A stretch of 64,000 nt of DNA. Origin: an uncultured cyanobacterium (GTDB lineage Bacteria > Cyanobacteriota > Cyanobacteriia > Cyanobacteriales > CAWCAG01). The stretch's first letter is position 1. Each line of letters starts with the position of its first letter. Of this stretch, positions 12,151 through 21,028 are shown in pieces. Below the pieces are notes generated by a model. It did no database searches, was not told the origin of the DNA, and saw only the letters and a list, made by a program, of their open reading frames with translations. The stretch covers positions 352,001 to 416,000 of the forward strand of contig CAWDOD010000011.1 in NCBI GenBank assembly GCA_963803805.1, written 5' to 3'. Position numbers and translations under genes: made by a program.

Positions 12151-13065
12151 ATGAGTAAATCAATCCGCCCAAATCATTTACCCAATCAATGGTCAAAAGA
12201 AGTCGACGACTTTATTCGCGGTGCTTCAGGAGGCTTTTTGTTTGGTACTCCCTTGCTGTACACTATGGAAGTTTGGTGGATTGGCTCCTATATTGAACCG
12301 CCAAGAATGTTAGGTTTGCTCGCTGTTACTTATGTGGTAGTTTTCCTTTTAAATCGAGTTGAAGGTTTTCGCGAAAATAGCACTCAAATTCTTGATGCTG
12401 CTATGGAAAGCGTGGAAGCCCTTACCATCGGTATAATTTGCACAACTTTCATTTTAATTTTGTTACGCCGTATCACCTTAGAAACTTCTATAGATGAAGC
12501 CTTGGGCAAAATAATTCTTGAAAGTGTACCTTTTTCTTTTGGTGTCACCCTGTCACGGGCATTTTTGCAAGGCGATCGCAGTTTATCTCAACAGCAAAAA
12601 GATTCTTTAAGTACAGAATCTCACCGTCAATCAAACCATGGATCTAAAAAAGCGAATCATGGCAACTTTCAAGAAACACTAGCAGATATTAGTGGCACAC
12701 TCATTGGGGCTATTATGATTGCCTTTAGCATTGCGCCTACAGATGAGATTCCTGTACTAGCGGCTGCGGCTTCACCACTATGGTTAATTGCTATTATAGT
12801 TGTTTCTTTGGTGATCTCTTTTGGTATCGTTTTTACCGCAGGATTAACAGATCAACAAAAACGTCGCCAACAACAAGGTATTTTCCAAACTCCTGGAGGA
12901 GAAACTATTCTCTCTTATTTAGTCTCTTTATTAGCGTCTGCTTTAATGCTTTGGTTCTTTACTCAACTAAGCTTAAGTGATCCTTGGTTTATGTGGTTGC
13001 GTTATACTATTTTACTGGGCTTGCCTGCGGCTATAGGTGGTGCAGCAGGACGTTTAGCGGTATGA
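12151..13065 (+). CDS. TIGR02587-family integral membrane protein
   Basis: RGASGGFLFGTPLLYTMEVWWIG...APTDE...LGLPAAIGGAAGRLAV. Confidence 0.85.
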   Translation: MSKSIRPNHLPNQWSKEVDDFIRGASGGFLFGTPLLYTMEVWWIGSYIEPPRMLGLLAVTYVVVFLLNRVEGFRENSTQILDAAMESVEALTIGIICTTFILILLRRITLETSIDEALGKIILESVPFSFGVTLSRAFLQGDRSLSQQQKDSLSTESHRQSNHGSKKANHGNFQETLADISGTLIGAIMIAFSIAPTDEIPVLAAAASPLWLIAIIVVSLVISFGIVFTAGLTDQQKRRQQQGIFQTPGGETILSYLVSLLASALMLWFFTQLSLSDPWFMWLRYTILLGLPAAIGGAAGRLAV

Positions 13066-13466
13066 GTAAGAGAAATTCTTTAAAAAACTTATCAAACCGT
13101 TCTTTAGCAGAACGAGTAAGTTTTGTGATCGCTTTATCTATCCTATTGTTAATAGTAGGATTAGTATTTTATAGTTGGCTAACAGGAGACAGTGAACCTC
13201 CGATATTATCTGTAAGTTTAGAAAAAGAAGTTCGTGAAGTTGAAGGAGAATTTTATATTCCTTTTAGCGTTACAAATAAAGGAGGAAGTACAGTAGAAGC
13301 AGTGCAGATTGTAGCAGAATTACAAGCAGAAGAATTACAAGAAATTGGACAACAGGAATTTAATTTCCTCTCCGGGGGCGAAGTTAGAGAAGGGGCATTT
13401 ATTTCCCCTCACAACCCTAATTTAGGTAAATTAATAGTTAGAGTTGCAAGTTACAAATTGCCTTAA
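13062..13466 (+). CDS. TIGR02588-family protein
   Basis: ATG overlaps the upstream stop (ATGA). One TM helix, then F.V.NKGG.TVEAV...FLSGGE...SYKLP; this is the usual partner of TIGR02587. Confidence 0.82.
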   Translation: MSKRNSLKNLSNRSLAERVSFVIALSILLLIVGLVFYSWLTGDSEPPILSVSLEKEVREVEGEFYIPFSVTNKGGSTVEAVQIVAELQAEELQEIGQQEFNFLSGGEVREGAFISPHNPNLGKLIVRVASYKLP

Positions 13467-13472
13467 TTTTAG

Positions 13473-14078
13473 TTAATTAATAAAACCTATTCTTTTTAAA
13501 GGCCAAAAACGAAAAACTGCCCGCCCAATAATTTGTTGTTTAGGTAAAGAACCCCAGACATGGGAATCATTGCTGTTGTTACGATTATCCCCCATCACAA
13601 ACAAATTGTTTTCTGGTACTTGTTGTTTGAATAGCTGATAATTAGGAGGTTCGGCGATGTAATTTTCTTTTAAAGGTACATCGTTTAAATAAACAGTCTT
13701 ATTTTGCACCGCAACTGTATCTCCCCCCTCACCTACCACTCTTTTAATAAAGGCTTGGTTAGCATCGTAACCTTGCATTTGTAATTGTAAGGGAGGTTGA
13801 AAAACAACGATATTTCCTTTGTGGGCTGAACTGAATAAAGAAGAAACTTTCTCTACAACAATGCGATCGCCTATTTCCAAAGTAGGTAACATGGAGTCGG
13901 AGGGAATGTAGCGAGGTTCAGCGATAAAGAAGCGAATAAAAAGAGAAATTGCTAATGCGAAGACAAGAATTTGCAGATTTTCCTTAATATTCTTACGGGT
14001 TAAGCTACCAAAAGATTGTTCTTGCTCAGAATCAGAAGAAGATTCTTTCTTTGTCAAATGTTCTTGCTCAGATGTCAT
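13473..14078 (-). CDS. lepB: Signal peptidase I
   Basis: IPSDSMLPTL (catalytic Ser), FIKRVVG (catalytic Lys) and GDNRNNSNDS. Likely start is ATG at 14078. Confidence 0.95.
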   Translation of the reverse strand: MTSEQEHLTKKESSSDSEQEQSFGSLTRKNIKENLQILVFALAISLFIRFFIAEPRYIPSDSMLPTLEIGDRIVVEKVSSLFSSAHKGNIVVFQPPLQLQMQGYDANQAFIKRVVGEGGDTVAVQNKTVYLNDVPLKENYIAEPPNYQLFKQQVPENNLFVMGDNRNNSNDSHVWGSLPKQQIIGRAVFRFWPLKRIGFIN

Positions 14079-14120
14079 ACTAAATAGTGTTTGGTTGCAG
14101 GGGTTATTGATGAGGGGCAA

Positions 14121-14143
14121 GTAATAAGTAATAAGTAATAAGT
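14121..14143. repeat. Heptamer short tandem repeat (GTAATAA)n
   Basis: gtaataagtaataagtaataagt. Similar heptamer arrays occur near 1977, 19063, 20140, 52338, 58378 and 58791. Confidence 0.8.
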
Positions 14144-14286
14144 GATTGTTACTTAACTATGTTCGCATAGTGTATCCCATAAAGAGAAAACAAGTTACTT
14201 TTATACTGTACGGCTGCCATTACTCAAGCTAAACTAATGAGTGATAAGTAATAATTGATAATTGATCATTAGATCATTGCTAACTG

Positions 14287-15546
14287 ATGAGTTCTTGGCA
14301 AAAACGCCTTACCAATACTTGGAATAATGCTACAGGAAGTTTGACTAAACTTCTCCCTGTCGAACAAGTAACTCGTACTGCTGTAGGTTGGTTTAGCATC
14401 AGCGACGCTAGAGTGGCGGAGATTTTAGCCACTGTAAGGGCTGAATTACCTACCACAGAAGCTATTTTAATTGGTAAACCCCAAGCGGGTAAAAGTTCCA
14501 TTGTACGGGGTTTAACGGGGGTTTCAGCAGAGATTATTGGGCAAGGTTTTCGTCCCCATACTCAACACACAGAACGTTACGCCTATCCCTCTGGGGATCT
14601 GCCTTTGCTTATTTTTACTGATACCGTAGGCTTAGGAGACATTAACCAAAATATTGAGGCGGTGGTAGAGGAATTAGTAGGAGAATTAGACAAAGATAGT
14701 AACTGTGCCAGAATTTTAATTCTAACCGTTAAGATTAACGACTTCGCTACAGATACATTAAGACAAGTCGCCCAACAACTACACCAAAAATATCCCAATA
14801 TTCCCTGTTTGTTAACGGTAACTTGTCTGCACGAAATTTATCCTCCTGGTACAGAAGATCATCCAGATTATCCCCCTGATACAGAAGAAATTAACCGCAC
14901 TTTTACGGCTATTCAAGAAGACTTTGCTGAAAATTGTGATCGCGCTATCTTAATCGACTTTACCTTAGAAGAAGATGGCTACAACCCCGTTTTTTATGGT
15001 TTAGAAGCTTTACGAGATGCCCTTGCAGACTTGCTTCCTGAAGCAGAAGCAAAAGCTATCTATCAGTTGCTAGATGATAAAGACGCTGGTAAACAAATTG
15101 GCAACCTTTACCGAGATGTCGCCAGACGCTATATCCTCGCTTTTTCGATCATGGCTGCCACCCTTGCTGCTGTACCTCTCCCCTTCGCTACTATGCCTGT
15201 ACTAACCAGCATCCAGGTATCTTTAGTGGGGCTTTTAGGCAAGTTATATGGACAAACCCTTACCCCTTCCCAAGCAGGAGGAGTAGCTAGTGCGATCGCC
15301 GGGGGCTTTTTAGCCCAAGCAGTGGGGCGAGAGTTAGTTAAATTTATCCCCGGATTAGGTAGTGCGATCGCAGCTTCCTGGGCAGCAGCTTATACTTGGG
15401 CATTAGGAGAAGGTGCTTGTGTTTATTTTGGTGATTTAATGGGAGGCAAGAAACCAGATCCCAAGGAGATTCAGTCGGTGATGAAAGAAGCTTTTCAAGA
15501 GGCACAGAAGCGGTTTGGTGAAGGAATGAAGGGTAAGACTAAATAA
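14287..15546 (+). CDS. P-loop GTPase fused to DUF697/YcjF-like membrane domain
   Basis: G1 GKPQAGKSS, G3 DTVG and a hydrophobic Gly/Ala-rich C-terminal region (AAVPLPFA..., KFIPGLGSAIAAS). Confidence 0.85.
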   Translation: MSSWQKRLTNTWNNATGSLTKLLPVEQVTRTAVGWFSISDARVAEILATVRAELPTTEAILIGKPQAGKSSIVRGLTGVSAEIIGQGFRPHTQHTERYAYPSGDLPLLIFTDTVGLGDINQNIEAVVEELVGELDKDSNCARILILTVKINDFATDTLRQVAQQLHQKYPNIPCLLTVTCLHEIYPPGTEDHPDYPPDTEEINRTFTAIQEDFAENCDRAILIDFTLEEDGYNPVFYGLEALRDALADLLPEAEAKAIYQLLDDKDAGKQIGNLYRDVARRYILAFSIMAATLAAVPLPFATMPVLTSIQVSLVGLLGKLYGQTLTPSQAGGVASAIAGGFLAQAVGRELVKFIPGLGSAIAASWAAAYTWALGEGACVYFGDLMGGKKPDPKEIQSVMKEAFQEAQKRFGEGMKGKTK

Positions 15547-15567
15547 TCTGGTTCATAAGCATCTATC

Positions 15568-15779
15568 CCCATTGCTAACACCTGCAAGTCTTGCACATCC
15601 ACATGACGAGTATGGGTTAAGCTGAGACTGGGCATCAAACCAACACTGTATTTTTCGACGATGAATTGCTCATTATCTACTATGGTAGTAAGGGGAACAG
15701 AATGCAAACCCTCGTCAAGTATGAAAACAAGGTTGTTAATTTCTCGTTGTTGTAATTCTGCTTCTAAGGGGGCGATCGC
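15568..15779 (-). pseudogene. Internal fragment of a CHAT-domain gene
   Basis: The frame reads AIAPLEAELQQREINNLVFILDEGLHSVPLTTIVDNEQFIVEKYSVGLMPSLSLTHTRHVDVQDLQVLAMG, matching the cyanobacterial CHAT N-terminal consensus as I recall it. An in-frame TGA lies just upstream, there is no plausible start before the homology, and the His/Cys catalytic part is absent. Confidence 0.75.
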
Positions 15780-15858
15780 ACTAAGCTTAGGATTTTTCCA
15801 TCAAACAACTGTTCTTGTAAATCAATAGGGAAAAGTTAGTAGCAGCAAACTTTAACAA

Positions 15859-16128
15859 TTAATCGACAATAATCAAACCCTCATTATTTTCTGGTTCATT
15901 CATCTCTTCAAGAGTTTTCCAACCTGCTTCCCACACAGCCGGATCTTTTAACTGCTTGGCATTAACCCAAAAACGCACTGTAGGATCACAAGAAGATACC
16001 ATCTCCGCAAATACCCATTTACCTTGGTTTTTACGATTAACTGCCTCAAAGTGCCGCCAACCGAAAGTTTTTTGACAAGCTGTCCATTTAGAACCGAGTA
16101 AGTAAGGAAATTTTTGTTTTTTCGCCAT
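15859..16128 (-). CDS. TIGR02450-family Trp-rich protein
   Basis: LLGSKWTA...GWRHF...WEAGW. Confidence 0.85.
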   Translation of the reverse strand: MAKKQKFPYLLGSKWTACQKTFGWRHFEAVNRKNQGKWVFAEMVSSCDPTVRFWVNAKQLKDPAVWEAGWKTLEEMNEPENNEGLIIVD

Positions 16129-16195
16129 AGAGGTAGGGAGGTGGGGAGATAGGGAGATGGGGAAAAGAAGGAAACTAAGTTAAGGCTAATTGCAA

Positions 16196-16783
16196 CTAAA
16201 TCTTCTTCTTGCCGATGAAATAAGCAGAGATAATACCACCAACAAAACCAAATAAATGTCCTTCCCAGGAAACGCGAGGATCTGTAGGCAATACCCCCCA
16301 AATTAAACCACCGTAGAGAATACCGACTGCAATAGAAAGGAAAATAGAAGGTAGGTTGCGTTGAAAAAAGCCTCGCAGCAGTAGAAAGCCTAAATAACCA
16401 AAAATTAAACTACTAGCCCCTATATGCACAGAATTAGGAGAACCCAATAACCATGTCCCCAAACCACTAACCACCATCGTAATCAAAGTGACGAGGAAAA
16501 AATCGCTGGTTTCTTGCAACATCACCAACCAACCTAAAGTGATGAAGGGTAATGTATTGGCGATTAGATGTCTAAAGCCTCCATGGAGAAATGGCGCAAA
16601 TAAAATACCCCGCAAGCCAATAATATTGTGGGGAACAATACCATATTGATCTAATCCTCCTCTGCCATGGAAAACAACAAAGTCGATAATTTCTAAAATC
16701 CAAAAAATCGCTACAAATATTCCCAGGATAGTCCCTTGGCTAGTTAATTCCTGGGCAATTCCTTTCTTATCTTGCTTACTCAT
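16196..16783 (-). CDS. Rhomboid intramembrane serine protease
   Basis: FLHGG..HL..N, catalytic GASS and H in WEGHLFG. Confidence 0.92.
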   Translation of the reverse strand: MSKQDKKGIAQELTSQGTILGIFVAIFWILEIIDFVVFHGRGGLDQYGIVPHNIIGLRGILFAPFLHGGFRHLIANTLPFITLGWLVMLQETSDFFLVTLITMVVSGLGTWLLGSPNSVHIGASSLIFGYLGFLLLRGFFQRNLPSIFLSIAVGILYGGLIWGVLPTDPRVSWEGHLFGFVGGIISAYFIGKKKI

Positions 16784-16952
16784 GGTTATTGCGCTGGGGA
16801 AACTGTATTTTTACCCTACATATCTAAAGTAGCAAAAACATTAGATTGGCTGAATTGCTAATGGTACGAAGTTTGGTTTTCCCCTCCTCTTCACAAAAAC
16901 CTTGGTAAGCTATAAAAGCACTTTAGGATATAAAGGGGCAAGAAAAATAACT

Positions 16953-17693
16953 ATGATAGCTTTTTGGCTAACAGTAGCAAGTTTCGTAGGCTGGTTTGTT
17001 AGTACTTTAGCAGGGGGTGGTAGTTCTTTGATTTTACTACCCTTAATCAGTATTTTCCTGGGAACGGCTGCGGTTGCCCCTGTAATAACTACCGGAATGC
17101 TTTTCGGAAATGGGCAAAGAGTCATTCTGTATTGGCAAAATATTTGCTGGAAAATCACCTTGTGGTACTTACCTGGTGCTATTTTTGGTGCTATTTTAGG
17201 AGCTTTTGTTTTTACAAGAACAGAAATTACTTGGCTTAATCTTCTTCTTGCTATTTTTATCTTAGCTTCGGTTGTTGGTTATGGTTTTGGAGAAAAAACG
17301 AAATCCTTTACTGTTCGTACTTGGTACTTCTTACCAGGGGGTTTTTTTTATGCTTTTCTTTCTGGTTTAATTGGTAGTGCAGGGCCTTTATTAACCAGTT
17401 TTTATCTCAATTACGGCTTAAAAAAAGAAGAATTAATAGCTACGAAAGCAACTGATATTTTATTCGTACATATAATTAAAATAATTGCCTACTCTGTGTT
17501 TGGCACTTGGCATTCCTCTTATTTAATCTACGGTATAGTAATAGGTATAGCTGCATTTCCCGGTAACTGGCTAGGTCAAATAGCTTTACAAAAAATCAGC
17601 GAAAATCGCTTCAGGCAAATGGTGATTGCTTTTATTACTTTCAGTGGAATGTTGATGTTATGGCAGCAACGGCAGTTCTTACTATTTTGGTGA
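16953..17693 (+). CDS. TauE/SafE (TSUP) family exporter
   Basis: STLAGGGSSLILLP and second repeat SGLIGSAGP, about 8 TM helices. Likely start is ATG at 16953. Confidence 0.87.
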   Translation: MIAFWLTVASFVGWFVSTLAGGGSSLILLPLISIFLGTAAVAPVITTGMLFGNGQRVILYWQNICWKITLWYLPGAIFGAILGAFVFTRTEITWLNLLLAIFILASVVGYGFGEKTKSFTVRTWYFLPGGFFYAFLSGLIGSAGPLLTSFYLNYGLKKEELIATKATDILFVHIIKIIAYSVFGTWHSSYLIYGIVIGIAAFPGNWLGQIALQKISENRFRQMVIAFITFSGMLMLWQQRQFLLFW

Positions 17694-17856
17694 TCTCTGC
17701 GTAACCCCATCGTTCCCTCATCCCCTTCTCAGGGAAATTTAAGTTGGGCTTTGTTTAATACTTCTATGTATACAAGATTCAAGTTAATAATTGATAATTG
17801 TACGGCTTTGCCGTTGTCGTAGACTAAGTTAATGATTGCAAAAAGGAAAATTACTT

Positions 17857-19041
17857 GTGACTGAAATCGCTACGGATCGACAAAAGGCAAACACATCAGA
17901 GTTATTGGCATATAGCGTAGAAAATGCTGTATTGGACAGATATCAAGCGGGGGCAAAAGAAGTACAACCTAGCTTATGTTGTCCCACAGAATATGAAGGT
18001 AATTACCTCGATATTCTACCAGAGGAGATAATTGCTAAAGATTATGGTTGTGGCGATCCTACCCGTTATGTCCGTGAGGGAGAAACAGTAGTAGATTTGG
18101 GTTCTGGCGCAGGGAAAAATTGTTATATGCTTGCCCAAAAAGTTGGTTCCCAGGGCAAGATTATTGGTGTTGATTTTAATGATGAGATGCTGGATTTAGC
18201 AAGGAAGTATCAAGAAGAAATAGCTGCTAAAATTGGCTACCACAATACCAATTTTGTCAAGGGTAAAATCCAAGACTTGAAGTTAGATTGGGGCAAAATG
18301 CAAACCTGGTTGCAACAAAACCCCATTGCTTCTTTGCCTGAGATGGAAGCCTTTGAAGCAGAAGGCGATCGCCTAAGAATTCAAGAACCTTTGATAGCTG
18401 ATGAAAGTGTTGATGTGGTGATTTCCAACTGCGTTCTCAACCTTGTTCGTCCTCAAGATAAGCAACAACTATTCCAAGAAATTCACCGGGTTCTCAAACG
18501 AGGAGGTAGGGCGGTTATTTCTGATATTGTTTGTGATGAAAATCCTACAGCTAATATTCTCCAAGATCCCGATTTATGGAGTGGCTGCATTGCTGGGGCT
18601 TTTCGTGAAGACGAATTTTTAGCTATGTTTGAAAAAGCTAGTTTTTATGGTATTGAGATTCTTAATCGTCAAATAGAACCTTGGCAGGTTATTGATGGTA
18701 TTGAGTTTCGTTCCTTAACAGTACGGGCTTATAAAGGCAAAGAAGGTGATTGTTTAGAACGTAACCAAGCTGTGGTTTATAAAGGCCCTTGGAAGGAAGT
18801 TAAAGACGATGATGGTCATACTTTTTACCGAGGAAAGCGTATGGCAGTTTGCGATAAAACTTTTCAGATTTTAACCAATCCTGGAGGGGCTTACAGTGAA
18901 GATATTATTGCGATTGAACCTTATCAAGAGGTTAGATTAGAAGAAGCCCAAGAGTTTAAATGCAAAACCGATGCAATTCGTCATCCTAAAGAAAGCAAGG
19001 GAACAGATTATCAGCTAAATATGACCAACACTTGTTGTTAG
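17857..19041 (+). CDS. arsM: ArsM-like arsenite S-adenosylmethionine methyltransferase
   Basis: LCCP, YGCGDP, VVDLGSGAG, DVVISNCVLNL, WSGCIAGA and terminal CC; adjacent to arsS. Likely start is GTG at 17857 after AAAGGA. Confidence 0.78.
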   Translation: MTEIATDRQKANTSELLAYSVENAVLDRYQAGAKEVQPSLCCPTEYEGNYLDILPEEIIAKDYGCGDPTRYVREGETVVDLGSGAGKNCYMLAQKVGSQGKIIGVDFNDEMLDLARKYQEEIAAKIGYHNTNFVKGKIQDLKLDWGKMQTWLQQNPIASLPEMEAFEAEGDRLRIQEPLIADESVDVVISNCVLNLVRPQDKQQLFQEIHRVLKRGGRAVISDIVCDENPTANILQDPDLWSGCIAGAFREDEFLAMFEKASFYGIEILNRQIEPWQVIDGIEFRSLTVRAYKGKEGDCLERNQAVVYKGPWKEVKDDDGHTFYRGKRMAVCDKTFQILTNPGGAYSEDIIAIEPYQEVRLEEAQEFKCKTDAIRHPKESKGTDYQLNMTNTCC

Positions 19042-19116
19042 TTAAAAAGTAATAGGTAATATTATCACCTATCACCTATCACCTATTACATATCATCTAT
19101 TACCTATCACCTAAAG

Positions 19117-20124
19117 ATGCTTCAATCTCCAACCAAAAAGCAATTAGACAAAGTAACTCCCTTTGCAGAAAAAATAGTTACTCCTTTAAATAAGCAAAAA
19201 ATTACTGTCCTGCAAATCAATTTAGGGCGGCGTTGTAACCTCGCTTGTACTCACTGCCATGTAGAAGCTAGTCCAAAACGAACAGAAGAATTATCTCCAG
19301 AAATTTGTCAACAACTAATTGAGGTGATTAACAGTTTTCCTCAAATTGAAACTGTTGACTTAACAGGTGGTGCGCCGGAGATGAATTACGGTTTTCGAGA
19401 TTTAGTAGCCGCAGCAAGAAGTCAAAATAAAGAGGTAATTGTCCGCTCTAATTTAACTATTTTCTTTGAACTAGGATATACAGATTTACCAGAGTATTTT
19501 GCTGAAAACAAGCTTAGGGTAGTTGCTTCTTTACCTTGTTATTTAGAAGACAATGTTGATAAGCAAAGGGGGGCAGGAGTTTATCACAATTCTATTCAAG
19601 CTATCCAAAAACTGAACAATTTAGGCTATGGTAGAACCCCGGATTTGATTATTGATTTAGTTTATAATCCTGCCCTGCCCATTGATGAAAACTTTTCCCT
19701 AACTCCTGAGCAAGAAAAGTTGGAATCTGACTACAAAACTTATTTACAAAAACACTTTGATATTCAGTTCAATAACCTTTTCACTATCACCAATATTCCT
19801 GTTGGTAGAACTAAACAGTTTTTGCAGCGTCGTCAGTTACATCAACCCTACCTTAAGTTTTTAGAAGCAAGTTATAACCCGGCAACTGTACCTGCCTTAA
19901 TGTGCCGCAATGAACTTTCTATTGATTATTTAGGAAATATTTACGACTGTGACTTTAACCAAATGGCAAATCTTTTTGTCGCAACTCCGCAAGGAGAAAA
20001 GTTAACTGTAGAGAAGTTGTTGGAATTAAATGATCTTGATGTTATTCAAGAGATAAAAACTGCTACTTATTGTTATGGTTGTACGGCGGGAAGTGGTTCT
20101 AGTTGTGGGGGAGCATTGATTTAA
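19117..20124 (+). CDS. arsS: Arsenosugar-biosynthesis radical SAM protein (rSAM/Cys-rich, DUF3641)
   Basis: CNLACTHC, DLTGGAPE, YDCDFNQM and C-terminal CYGCTAGSGSSCGGAL. Confidence 0.9.
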   Translation: MLQSPTKKQLDKVTPFAEKIVTPLNKQKITVLQINLGRRCNLACTHCHVEASPKRTEELSPEICQQLIEVINSFPQIETVDLTGGAPEMNYGFRDLVAAARSQNKEVIVRSNLTIFFELGYTDLPEYFAENKLRVVASLPCYLEDNVDKQRGAGVYHNSIQAIQKLNNLGYGRTPDLIIDLVYNPALPIDENFSLTPEQEKLESDYKTYLQKHFDIQFNNLFTITNIPVGRTKQFLQRRQLHQPYLKFLEASYNPATVPALMCRNELSIDYLGNIYDCDFNQMANLFVATPQGEKLTVEKLLELNDLDVIQEIKTATYCYGCTAGSGSSCGGALI

Positions 20125-20228
20125 AGTAATAAGTGATAAGCTAGTCGCTAGTCGCTAGTTGCTAAAATCTTATAGTTGGTGAGGATATTTTATTTATTGA
20201 AGTTCTCTTAAGGGGAGGAAATTTAATT

Positions 20229-20933
20229 TTGGAACCTATGGATTCTGCCAATTCAGATGAGAGTGAAGTGAAAAAAGAGACGAAGAAGCTTTGGTTGAAA
20301 CTAATTATTACTGCTGTAATTATCGCTGCTGTAATTATTATTATTAATCAAACAGAATTAACGGATTTTATTCAACCAGAAAAGCTACAAGAGTTAGCGG
20401 ATCAAGCAGGAGTTTTTGCTCCTTTAGGATATATTCTTATCTATATCGTTGCCGCAGTATTTGGTATACCGGGAACAATTTTAACCCTATCTTCTGGGGC
20501 TGTATTTGGGCCTTTTTGGGGAACTTTATGGACAGTAATTGGTGCAACATTAGGGGCAACGGCTGCATTTTTAGTAGCGAGATTTGTTGCTGGAGATTGG
20601 GCTAAACAGCAATTTGCGAAAGGCGATCGCTTAAGGAAAATTCAAGCAGGTTTAGAAGAAGAAGGTTTTCAATATGCTTTAACTATTCGCTTAGCACCAA
20701 TTTTCCCTTTCAATGCTGTTAATTACCTTTTTGGCTTAACACCTATCCCCCTCGGTGCTTATATTCTGGCTACAGCAATCGGTATATTACCAGGAACCTT
20801 TGCTTATAGTTGGTTAGGAAGAGGTGGTACAGAAGCTTTAGCAGGGGGGCCACCTTGGCAATTGGTAGGTGCGTTAGCTGTCTTGGCATTACTTTCTGCT
20901 ACACCTATAGCTATCAAGAAATTTAAAAATTAA
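20229..20933 (+). CDS. TVP38/TMEM64 (DedA/SNARE-associated) membrane protein
   Basis: IPGTILTLSSGAVFG, RLAPIFPFNAVNY and GILPGT. Confidence 0.9.
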   Translation: MEPMDSANSDESEVKKETKKLWLKLIITAVIIAAVIIIINQTELTDFIQPEKLQELADQAGVFAPLGYILIYIVAAVFGIPGTILTLSSGAVFGPFWGTLWTVIGATLGATAAFLVARFVAGDWAKQQFAKGDRLRKIQAGLEEEGFQYALTIRLAPIFPFNAVNYLFGLTPIPLGAYILATAIGILPGTFAYSWLGRGGTEALAGGPPWQLVGALAVLALLSATPIAIKKFKN

Positions 20934-21028
20934 TGATAAATAATACCAACAAAACTATTTGACATTCAAGACAATCGCTGTACCCTACCCTAACAAAATG
21001 TTAAATTAATTTTGCCCAAGTACTTAAG

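Noticed and set aside
20060..20124. Possible selenocysteine in the ArsS C-terminal motif
   Set aside because: All Cys codons here are TGT and the stop is TAA. There is no in-frame TGA.
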